The position numbers were made by a program, and so were the translations under genes. A stretch of DNA of 64,000 nucleotides from an uncultured Dehalococcoidia bacterium (lineage in GTDB: Bacteria > Chloroflexota > Dehalococcoidia > DSTF01 > JACRBR01). Positions 31,587 through 39,825 of the stretch are shown in pieces. Where the stretch lies: NCBI GenBank assembly GCA_964458665.1, contig CAYWOO010000192.1:6984-70983 (forward strand), given 5' to 3'. The notes under the pieces were generated by a model. The model was not told the DNA's origin. It was given only the letters and a program-made list of their open reading frames with translations, and searched no databases. Each line of letters opens with the position of its first letter. Within the stretch, counting starts at the first letter, position 1.

Positions 31587-32102
31587 TCAGCCGCGCTCAC
31601 TAGCTGGGATCACGGCGAAGGAGCCGGTTGCCGTCGCGACGAGTTTGCCGCGATCATCCGCCACCTTCGATTCGAGGAAGACAACCTTGCGGCCTTGCTT
31701 GATGATGTCGGTCTCGCACGTGAGCCGGCCGCCGCGGACGCCGGCGAGGTAGCTGATCTTGATCTCGATGGTCGCGCAGATGTCGCCGGGCGGCAGGACG
31801 GACATCGTCGCGCCGCCCATACTGTAGTCCACCATGACGTACACGGCGCCCCCGTGGAGCACGCCGTGCGGGTTCAGCAACTCCGGCACGACGTCGAGTC
31901 GATACGTTGCGTGGCCGTCCTTCGCGCCGGCGTTGCTGATGTGCAGCGCCTCGGCGATCGGGCCGATGCTTGCGCCCGGTTCGCGCGCGCGGACGACGGT
32001 CGCGTTCATCGCGCCCGCCCAGTCGAGCAGGCGCTGCCGCTGGGCGTCGTCGAGCGCGTCGATAGCGGCGGTGAGGCGGTCGCGAAGGGCCTGATCCGGC
32101 AT
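31587..32102 (-). CDS. PaaI-family hotdog-fold thioesterase
   Basis: Trimmed to the ATG at 32102. NPHGVLHGGAVYVMVDYSMGGA motif. Confidence 0.8.
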   Translation of the reverse strand: MPDQALRDRLTAAIDALDDAQRQRLLDWAGAMNATVVRAREPGASIGPIAEALHISNAGAKDGHATYRLDVVPELLNPHGVLHGGAVYVMVDYSMGGATMSVLPPGDICATIEIKISYLAGVRGGRLTCETDIIKQGRKVVFLESKVADDRGKLVATATGSFAVIPASERG

Positions 32103-32194
32103 GAATCGAGGATACAAGGCGAGGTGGAGGTGGCGCGAGTTGGCGACGGGTTCACCGCGAAGGCGCGAAGATCGCGAAGCTTGTTGGACGGGGT

Positions 32195-34129
32195 TCACCA
32201 CAGAGAGAGTTGGATGGTGTAGCGGGCGAGCTGGTTCGTGCCTTCTGTGGAGCCGGCGATGACGAGGACGGCGTCGGTGACACCGGCGCTGTTGAAACGG
32301 AGTTCGCCTGCGTTTGTCGCGTCGAGCGGAATGTCGAGCACGGTGAATCCGCCATCGGACTTCGTTTCGATGAGGCGCGCGATGTACGTTTGCGGCAGCG
32401 GACGATCGACGTTCACCCAGCCGTCGCTCTCCGGTGCGCCGAGCTGGAGGCGGGCGCCGCTGTCCGCCAGCGCGACGTCGCGGATCGCCCAGCCTTCGCC
32501 GTGCGTGCCGCCGTCCGTGACGTATTCGAATCGCAGCAGGACGTTGTTGCCGGCGAATGGCGCGAGCGGGATCGTCTCGTCGACCCAGGCGCCGTCCTCG
32601 CCGTCACCGCTGGTGCCGGAGTAGCCTGGGCCGAACGCCTGCCTGGCGGGATCGTCGGCCGTCGTACGCGCGCCCGTGAGCGCCTGCCACGTCGCGCCGC
32701 CGTCGGTCGAGACCGACACGTAGCCCCAGTCGTACCATCGCTCGATTTGGTGCCAGGTACGAAACGTTAGCGCGGGGTTCGCTGCGCGCGTGAGGTCCGC
32801 TGCATAGGTGAGGGTTGTATCGACATCGTCCTGCGCATTGCTCCAGAGCAAGGGGCCCTCCGCGAGCGCGGATGGCGGTAGCACGGGCACTGTGGCCTCG
32901 CCACGGAAGCGAAGGACGTAGTCGCCACCATCGAGGCCGGGCATGGCGTAGTAGTCGGCGCCGAACTGGTGCACGTTGCCTTCGAGGACATCGCCAGCAT
33001 GCAGTTCCGCATCGATGCGGATATCGATCGCGCGGCCGGGGTTGCCGTACGGGCCATCGTCACGATTGAGGATGTTGGCGGCCGTCCAGTCCGCATAGAC
33101 ATCGCGGAAGCGGAGCGTCTGCCCCACCGACGTAAGGAACTGGTCGACGCCGGCTGCCCCCGCGCGTGGCTGCCTCGCGATAGCGCCGAGCGAGGGATCG
33201 CCGCCGAATCGGCTGGCCAGGTAGCGGAAGAAGGCCGCTCCAGCGCCGTAGTGCGCGCCGGAGCCCACGGTGTCCCACGCATTGAGCTGCGTCTCCGGCT
33301 TCGACGCGAAGCTCTTGATCGATGAGGCAGCGCCTCCGACCAGCATGGAGCCGTTCTCCGACAAGCCTTCGTTCACCCACGCCTCTTCGCGCGGCGCGTT
33401 GCGTGACTGAATGAGGTGCTGAAGCTCGTGCGCGAGGACGACGTTGAACGCAGCACCGCCGGGCTTGAGCGTGCGGTCCATGTACACCATCTCGGCCTCG
33501 TTGCTGAGCGGCCGGACTGCGCGCGGATAGATATCGTCGCCGGAATAGTAGCCGCCAACCGCTCCGCCGAGATCGGCCTGTAGCACGACGATCCGCGGAT
33601 CGCCGTCGACACCGGGGATGGCGGGCGGGCCGAAGACGGCCGTCACCGCCGGCCACGTCGTTGCCTCGAACTGATCTGCTGCTTCCTGAACAGCGGCGGT
33701 ATCGGCATCGAGCGCATCGTCCTCGTAGAAGTACGCGTGTTCGCTCTTCGCGCGAAGGGTGGCCGTGATGTTGGAGATGATGGGCGGTGTGCGATGCGCG
33801 AGCGCGCCGCCCGTCAGCTTGGCCACAACGAACTCACGCGCGTCGCCAACATTCGCCTCGGCGACGAATAGCTTCGTCGGCGCGACGCGACCGATCGTCG
33901 TGCGATAGCGTGCGGCCAGACCGATCGGGTCGGTTTGCGGGAGATCAGCGCGCACGCCGATCTGCGATGCGAGTGCGATGGCGGGCGCGAGTGTCGGCGC
34001 TGCGGCGGGCGTCGCGCTCGCCTCAACAGCTCTGGTGGACGCGGGCGTGACGCCCGCGGCAGCGTGCTGCTTCGAGCCGCCACATGCTGCCATAGCGACG
34101 GACGCGCACAACAGTGCGGCCGCCCACAT
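32195..34129 (-). CDS. Secreted gluzincin-type metallopeptidase lipoprotein
   Basis: Trimmed to the ATG at 34129. Signal with lipobox VAMAAC. HELQH ... WVNEGLSE (HExxH plus NEG glutamate). Large beta-rich C-terminus. Confidence 0.75.
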   Translation of the reverse strand: MWAAALLCASVAMAACGGSKQHAAAGVTPASTRAVEASATPAAAPTLAPAIALASQIGVRADLPQTDPIGLAARYRTTIGRVAPTKLFVAEANVGDAREFVVAKLTGGALAHRTPPIISNITATLRAKSEHAYFYEDDALDADTAAVQEAADQFEATTWPAVTAVFGPPAIPGVDGDPRIVVLQADLGGAVGGYYSGDDIYPRAVRPLSNEAEMVYMDRTLKPGGAAFNVVLAHELQHLIQSRNAPREEAWVNEGLSENGSMLVGGAASSIKSFASKPETQLNAWDTVGSGAHYGAGAAFFRYLASRFGGDPSLGAIARQPRAGAAGVDQFLTSVGQTLRFRDVYADWTAANILNRDDGPYGNPGRAIDIRIDAELHAGDVLEGNVHQFGADYYAMPGLDGGDYVLRFRGEATVPVLPPSALAEGPLLWSNAQDDVDTTLTYAADLTRAANPALTFRTWHQIERWYDWGYVSVSTDGGATWQALTGARTTADDPARQAFGPGYSGTSGDGEDGAWVDETIPLAPFAGNNVLLRFEYVTDGGTHGEGWAIRDVALADSGARLQLGAPESDGWVNVDRPLPQTYIARLIETKSDGGFTVLDIPLDATNAGELRFNSAGVTDAVLVIAGSTEGTNQLARYTIQLSLW

Positions 34130-34166
34130 GGTGCGGCGGCCGGGGAGGATGCTTCGAGATGGTGGA

Positions 34167-35078
34167 TTATCGTGCGCGAGGATGGGCTTTCTCGTAGACC
34201 TGGCGGACGTGTTCGTTGGCGATCTGCGTGTACACCTGCGTCGTCGAGATGTTGGCATGCCCCAGCAGTTCCTGCACGCTCCGCAGCGGGGCGCCACCTC
34301 TGAGCATATGAGTGGCGAAGGAGTGCCGCAAGGTGTGCGGCGTCACCGAAGAAGTGATGTTCGCTTCCTTGGCGTACTGCTTGAGAATGAGCCAGAACCC
34401 TTGACGCGTCAGCCGCTCACCGCGGCGGTTCACGAAGAGGGCTGATTCCTTGCGATTCTTCACGAGGGCCGACCGGGCGTCGTTCAGGTACCCCGTGACA
34501 GCCGCGGCGGCCTGTTCGTGAATGGGGATTGTGCGTTCTTTCGAGCCCTTTCCCATGCAGCGCACGTACGGGTGCGGGCCGGCCATGTTCATGTCGTCCA
34601 TGTCGAGCGAGACCAATTCGGTAACGCGCAGGCCGGTGGCGTAGAGCAGTTCGAGCATGGCACGGTCGCGCCGCGCTTCCGGCGTGTTGCGCTTCATCGG
34701 CTGTTCCAGCAGCTCGTCGACTTCCGTCACTGACAGCGGCTTCGGCAGCGAGCGGCCGACGCGCGGCGACTCAAGACTCTCCGTCGGGTTGCCGCGGATC
34801 GTGCCTTCCGCTTGCAGATACTGGAAGAACGATTTCATCGCGGCTACCTTGCGCGCGACCGTCGCCTCCGCATAGTTCTTGCGCTTGAGGCTGAGCAAGT
34901 AGTCGATGATCAGATCGCGCTCGAGTTGTTCCCAATCGCGCGGTTTGCCGTTGCCGCGCAGGCCGGTGAGGAAACTGTCGAACTGCTGTAAGTCGTTCTT
35001 GTAGGCAGCGACGGTATTACCAGACGCGCCTTTCTCAACCGACATGAAGTTCAGAAAGTGGCCAATGTGATCGTCCAT
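34167..35078 (-). CDS. Tyrosine recombinase, XerC/XerD family
   Basis: Trimmed to the ATG at 35078. SGNTVAAYKNDL in the N-terminal SAM-like domain. ARxxGLR, HTLRHSFATHML and LLGHANISTTQVYT in the catalytic region. Confidence 0.9.
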   Translation of the reverse strand: MDDHIGHFLNFMSVEKGASGNTVAAYKNDLQQFDSFLTGLRGNGKPRDWEQLERDLIIDYLLSLKRKNYAEATVARKVAAMKSFFQYLQAEGTIRGNPTESLESPRVGRSLPKPLSVTEVDELLEQPMKRNTPEARRDRAMLELLYATGLRVTELVSLDMDDMNMAGPHPYVRCMGKGSKERTIPIHEQAAAAVTGYLNDARSALVKNRKESALFVNRRGERLTRQGFWLILKQYAKEANITSSVTPHTLRHSFATHMLRGGAPLRSVQELLGHANISTTQVYTQIANEHVRQVYEKAHPRAR

Positions 35079-35246
35079 TGCGCCCTCGATAGGTAAGAGA
35101 CCAGTAGTTAGAAAGTGCCCAGGGGGGAATGAATTGCACGGCGATTGTAACACGTAACTTGGCCGTGTCTAGTGATCGCGTGTCTCAATTTCACGGCGTT
35201 TTGATACGAATTCAGAATACCCCTGCACCAGGTTGATTCGCGGGAG

Positions 35247-35951
35247 CTATGACACCTTGGGGCTTCTCGAAGCGCTGTGGAGAGAAGCGTCCGGCCACGC
35301 GTCGCGACCGATGAGCGGTACAAACCCGCACGGTCCGTAACGCGCGAGCGCAACACCGCAAACCGTCTTCGTTGCGCACACCACCTCCTGCATCCGCAGG
35401 CCGCCCACGGGGATGATGAGGCGGCCGCCTTCATCCAACTGGTCGAGGAGCGCACGCGGAACATGCGGCGCGGACGCGGCGACGATGATCGCATCGTATG
35501 GGCCGCGATCAGCCGCGCCGAGCAGATCGCCCGCGCCGCAGACGTGCACTTTGGCGTAGCCCGCAGCGGCGAGCGTTTCTCGCGCGCGCTCCAGCAGACT
35601 CGGCAGCCGTTCGACCGTGATTACTTCGCGCACAAGCATCGACGCCACGGCGGCCTGGTACCCCGAACCCGTTCCGACTTCAAGCAGCCGCTCGTTCGGC
35701 TGCAACGCCAGCACCTCCAGCATCAGGGCGACGATGAGTGGTTGTGAGATGGTCTGCCCTTCCCCGATGGGAAGCGGGTTGTCGTCGTACGCGCGCGAAC
35801 GCAAGTCGTCGGGTACGAAACGCTCGCGACGAACAGCTGCCATGGCGCCGACTACGCGTTCGTCGTGCACGCGGGCACGCAGCAGCGCCAGCATGCGGTC
35901 GCGGGCGGCCGTCAGGCTGGCTTCGGCGTCGCGGTTGGGTGTACTCCCCAT
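35247..35951 (-). CDS. pcm: Protein-L-isoaspartate O-methyltransferase
   Basis: Trimmed to the ATG at 35951. RERFVP...GEGQTISQPLIVALMLE...LEVGTGSGYQAAV. Confidence 0.9.
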   Translation of the reverse strand: MGSTPNRDAEASLTAARDRMLALLRARVHDERVVGAMAAVRRERFVPDDLRSRAYDDNPLPIGEGQTISQPLIVALMLEVLALQPNERLLEVGTGSGYQAAVASMLVREVITVERLPSLLERARETLAAAGYAKVHVCGAGDLLGAADRGPYDAIIVAASAPHVPRALLDQLDEGGRLIIPVGGLRMQEVVCATKTVCGVALARYGPCGFVPLIGRDAWPDASLHSASRSPKVS

Positions 35952-35995
35952 CAACTGATCAACCTGCAGCTCACATTCGGGCATCCAGCTTGGTT

Positions 35996-36087
35996 GCGGG
36001 CACGGCACGCCGTGCCCCTACGGGTTCTGGTACTAAACGGTCGGGAATTCTCGTGAGATGCGGGCACGCCACCGCGTGCCCCTACGG
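35996..36087. repeat. Two family B hairpin elements (GCGGGCACGsCAcsCGTGCCCCTAC)
   Basis: Copies at 35996..36023 and 36060..36087, downstream of uvrC. Confidence 0.85.
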
Positions 36088-36108
36088 TTCGCGGTGCGGT
36101 TCCCGGCA

Positions 36109-38010
36109 TCAAATGGACGCCTTCACGTTCGCCGCCAGCACCGTCGTGAAGCCGATTGTTGTCGCGATGTCCTCGACGGAGGCGTCGCGGATGCCACGCA
36201 CAGACCCGAACTTCTTGAGCAACGCCTTCTTTCGCTTCGGCCCGACGCCCGGGATGGTATCGAGCGCGGACTGGAAGCCGGCCTTCTTACGCACACCGCG
36301 ATGGTAGGTGATGGCGAAGCGGTGCGCCTCGTCGCGAATGCGCTGTACCAGGTACAGCGCCTGCGAATTGCGCGCCAGCACCACCGGCTCCGAGACATCC
36401 TGCACGTAGATCTCCTCGTGCTGCTTCGCCAGACCGACGGTGGGGATGTCCTTGGCGCCCATCTCGCGCATCACATCGAGGACGGCGGCCAACTGACCTT
36501 TGCCTCCGTCGATGATCACGAGGTCGGGCAGCGCGGCGAACGACTCATCGTCCCGCTTGCGCGCGCCTCGACCGTCCGAGGGCAACTCCACGTCGGGCGC
36601 CTCGGCGCCCGCATCGCGCAGTACCTGCTCTCGCGCCCGACGGAATCTCCTGCGCAGTACCTCCGCCATCGAGGCGAAGTCGTTCGCGCCTTCGACCGTC
36701 TTGATGCGAAAGCGGCGGTATTCCTGCGGACGCGGATGGCCGTCGATGGCGACGACCATGGAGCCGACCGAGGACGTACCCTGGATGTTCGAGATGTCGT
36801 AGCACTCGATGCGCTTCGGAGGCGCGGGTAGGTCCAGCGCTTCCTGCAGTCCTTCGAGTGCGGTGCGCGTCTTGCCGCTGTCGGCCATCCACTTCACGCG
36901 AGCCATGTCCAGCGTCTCGCGCGCGTTCGTCGCAGCCATCTCGACGAGGCGCCGCTTCTCGCCGCGCTGCGGCGCCAGCAGCTCGACGTTCGTGCCGCGG
37001 CGTTCGGTCAGCCAGCTCTCAATGAGCGCGTGCTCGGCGAGAGGGAGCGGCACGACGACGCGCTTCGGTACGTATGTTGCGGACTCGTAGAACTGTTGGA
37101 TGAAGCTGGCCATCACGTCGGCGTCGGTCTCATCCTTCGTGCCATCGAGCGTGAAGCTATCGACGCCGACCATTTTGATGCCGCGGACGAACAGCACCTG
37201 CACCACGGCTTCGTCGTCACCTCGGGCGAGGCCGAATATGTCCTCATCGGCCGGCTTCGTGCTGGCGACGGCCTGGCGCTCGGTCACACGCTCGACGGCC
37301 TGGACCTGGTCGCGGATGCGTGCGGCACGCTCGAACTGCATCGTCTTCGATTCGGCCTGCATCTGGCGCTTCAGCTCGCGCACGACTTCATCGGTTCTGC
37401 CTTCCAGGAAGAGGATCACCTGCTTGATCACTTCGTCGTACTCCTCCTTCGTGCAGTACGAGGTGCAGGGGGCGATGCAGCGGTTGATGTAGTAGTCGAG
37501 ACAGGGGCGCGGATCGGTGCCGGTGATGGTCTTCGTGCAAGACCGCCATGGGAAAAGCTTGTTGACGATATCGAGCGTCCGCCGCACCGAACCGGCGTTG
37601 GCGTACGGGCCGAAGTAGCGTGCGCCGTCCTTTTCGACGCGACGCGTTATGTAGACGCGCGGCCACGGGTCGGCGAGATCGACCTTCAGGTACGGGTAGT
37701 GCTTGTCGTCCTTGAGGCGGATGTTGAAGAACGGCTGGTGCCGCTTCACCAGCTCCGCCTCCAGGTGCAGCGCCTCCTGCTCGGTGTGCGTGATCACGTA
37801 CTCGAAGTCGGCGATCGCCTCGGAGAGAGCGCGCGTCTTGCCCTCCATGCTGGATGGCGAGCCGAAGTACGAGCGGACGCGGTTGCGGAGGTTGGCGGCC
37901 TTGCCGACGTAGATCACGGTCGCATCGGCGCTGCGCATGATGTAGACGCCGGGGCCGGTGGGAATGCGTGCGAGCTGCTCGGCGAAGCGGGTGGAGGTCA
38001 CGGGCATCAT
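36109..38010 (-). CDS. uvrC: Excinuclease ABC subunit C
   Basis: GVYIMRSADATVIYVGKA (GIY-YIG), a UVR domain, and a C-terminal helix-hairpin-helix (IPGVGPKRKKALL). Confidence 0.95.
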   Translation of the reverse strand: MMPVTSTRFAEQLARIPTGPGVYIMRSADATVIYVGKAANLRNRVRSYFGSPSSMEGKTRALSEAIADFEYVITHTEQEALHLEAELVKRHQPFFNIRLKDDKHYPYLKVDLADPWPRVYITRRVEKDGARYFGPYANAGSVRRTLDIVNKLFPWRSCTKTITGTDPRPCLDYYINRCIAPCTSYCTKEEYDEVIKQVILFLEGRTDEVVRELKRQMQAESKTMQFERAARIRDQVQAVERVTERQAVASTKPADEDIFGLARGDDEAVVQVLFVRGIKMVGVDSFTLDGTKDETDADVMASFIQQFYESATYVPKRVVVPLPLAEHALIESWLTERRGTNVELLAPQRGEKRRLVEMAATNARETLDMARVKWMADSGKTRTALEGLQEALDLPAPPKRIECYDISNIQGTSSVGSMVVAIDGHPRPQEYRRFRIKTVEGANDFASMAEVLRRRFRRAREQVLRDAGAEAPDVELPSDGRGARKRDDESFAALPDLVIIDGGKGQLAAVLDVMREMGAKDIPTVGLAKQHEEIYVQDVSEPVVLARNSQALYLVQRIRDEAHRFAITYHRGVRKKAGFQSALDTIPGVGPKRKKALLKKFGSVRGIRDASVEDIATTIGFTTVLAANVKASI

Positions 38011-38031
38011 TGTAGCCAGTGGTGGGTAGCT

Positions 38032-38244
38032 GGTCTTTCAGTCTCTCGGTCTTTCAGTCTCTCGGTCTCTCCGTCGCTCAGTCGATCGGGCGCTTCGGGC
38101 GCTTCGGGCGCTTCGGGTGGGTGCCCGGAAGATGATGCTGAGTGCCAGCCGAGCAGGGCACGGCACGCCGTGGCCCTACGATTTCGCGCGACGCACATTC
38201 GGCCGTTCATCCTGGGACGCGGGCACGCCACCGCGTGCCCCTAC
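38032..38244. repeat. uvrC-upstream repeat cluster: 2 x 16 bp, 3 x 9 bp, and two family B hairpins
   Basis: ggtctttcagtctctc x2 at 38032..38063. gggcgcttc x3 at about 38088..38114. Family B copies at 38153..38180 and 38219..38244. Confidence 0.8.
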
Positions 38245-39473
38245 TTTGTGGGTGTATGGGTGCGCTTATGCCGGATGCGGGTGAGGCGGTGTTCGAGGGA
38301 CATCTGATCCGCAGCCGGGGCGCGTATCAGGAGTGCGCTCGTGATCTCTTCGGCGGCGGCGAGGTCACGGGCGTGATGCTCGTGGTGCTTGGCTAGCTCG
38401 AGGCCTGCGGGCCTGTCGCCCTGCGCCCACAAGCGGCGCCAGAGGGCCATTGCCTCGCCACGGGCATCTTGACGCTTGCAGAGCGTCGCATGACGGGTGG
38501 CGGCCCACATCCAGTCGCTGCCTCCTTCGAGCCATGGCAGTGCGACCCGGTACAGCCCGGCTGCTCGCTGCGAGTCGCCCGCGCGTTCGTACCAACGCGC
38601 GACAGCCACGGCGTCTTCCGGATCGATGTCGTGCGACGAGAGCAGCGTGGCGAGAGAGGCGAGGATGCCGACGAGCGACAAGACGTCCTCGGCGTTATGT
38701 CGGAAAGCAGCGCGAAGAGGGCTGGCGCGGCCGGCGCGGAGATAGTCGAAGTAGAGTTGCGGAATCAACCAACCCGGGAGATCGTCCGGGCGTTCGATCT
38801 TCAGCAGACGGCGCTCGGCTTCTGCGAGGCGGCACCCGGCCATCCGGTGCCTGTAGAGGCGCCGGACGGGGTGCAGCAGATCGAAGTGCGCCAACGCGCC
38901 ATACGGGGACGGCAGGCGCGCCATGGTCATGCGCGTCTCGACGAACGGCACGTCGAACGTCCGGCCGTTGTACGTCACGAGGCCAGCGAAGCGGCCGATG
39001 TCGGCGGCGAGCATCGCCAGCATCGCCTGCTCGTGCGCTAGGTCCGCGAGGAAGTACTGGCGCAGGCGGAACGCGGGCGGCGCGCCCGGCTCCGCCTCCT
39101 CGTACGTACCGAGGCCAGCGATCACGACGTACGTGCCCGTGCCGCCTGCGAGGCCGGTCGTCTCGATGTCGAAGAAGGCGAGGCGGGACGGGTGCGGCGC
39201 CGCGTCCGCGCCGAGCAGCAGGCGCAGTGCCTCCGGTGCCGCCTCGAGCGCTGCGCTTAGCAGCAGAGCGCCGTGCTGGTGGTCGAGCGGGAACCACTCG
39301 TCACGGACGAAGACGGGGCCGTGCTGGGTCTGGTGCCAGTCGCCGCGGAAGATCTGGGCGATCGGCGGCTTCTCAGGCGCGAGCGGCGGCGGCTGGGGTC
39401 GGAGTTGTGGTCCTTTCGCGACGATGGCGTGGAGGCGATCCCGGAGGAAGGTCGAAGTGGGTGCGGTGGCCAT
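38241..39473 (-). CDS. RNase H-like 3'-5' exonuclease with TPR-like C-terminus (MrfB/YprB-like)
   Basis: Trimmed to the ATG at 39473. LAFFDIETTGL is a DEDD-type exo motif I. The C-terminal half is helical-repeat. It lies immediately downstream of the DUF1998 helicase, as in the B. subtilis mrfAB arrangement. Confidence 0.7.
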   Translation of the reverse strand: MATAPTSTFLRDRLHAIVAKGPQLRPQPPPLAPEKPPIAQIFRGDWHQTQHGPVFVRDEWFPLDHQHGALLLSAALEAAPEALRLLLGADAAPHPSRLAFFDIETTGLAGGTGTYVVIAGLGTYEEAEPGAPPAFRLRQYFLADLAHEQAMLAMLAADIGRFAGLVTYNGRTFDVPFVETRMTMARLPSPYGALAHFDLLHPVRRLYRHRMAGCRLAEAERRLLKIERPDDLPGWLIPQLYFDYLRAGRASPLRAAFRHNAEDVLSLVGILASLATLLSSHDIDPEDAVAVARWYERAGDSQRAAGLYRVALPWLEGGSDWMWAATRHATLCKRQDARGEAMALWRRLWAQGDRPAGLELAKHHEHHARDLAAAEEITSALLIRAPAADQMSLEHRLTRIRHKRTHTPTK

Positions 39474-39825
39474 TGGGGTTCGACCTCCTGTCGCGACGCG
39501 GTCGGCATTGTGCGCCACACCCGCCGCCCGCGCGGGCTGGAAAGCCCGCGCCACGGTGGCGCAAACCGCGCGTTCGTGGCCGCACGGGCGGACACATAGG
39601 TCCGCCCCTACAACATCGCTCACTCGTTCGAGGCGACCAGCCGCACGGCGGATTTAACGCGCCATCGGACGAGCTGTGCTCGTGCGCCACACCCTGCCGC
39701 CCCCACGCGGGCTGGAAAGCCCGCGCCACGGTGTTGGGGAAGCGCCACGGTGGTGGAACGCGCCACGGTGGTGGAACGCACATCCGCACGTTGGTGCCCG
39801 CACGGGCGGACACACAGGTCCGCCC
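39474..39825. repeat. Composite repeat region: two copies of a [family D + family C] unit
   Basis: Family D (CGCGGGCTGGAAAGCCCGCGCCACGG) at 39529..39559 and 39705..39733. Family C (GCACGGGCGGACACAyAGGTCCGCCCCTAC) at 39582..39611 and 39800..39829. Also gcgccacggtggtggaac x2 at about 39741..39778. Confidence 0.85.
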
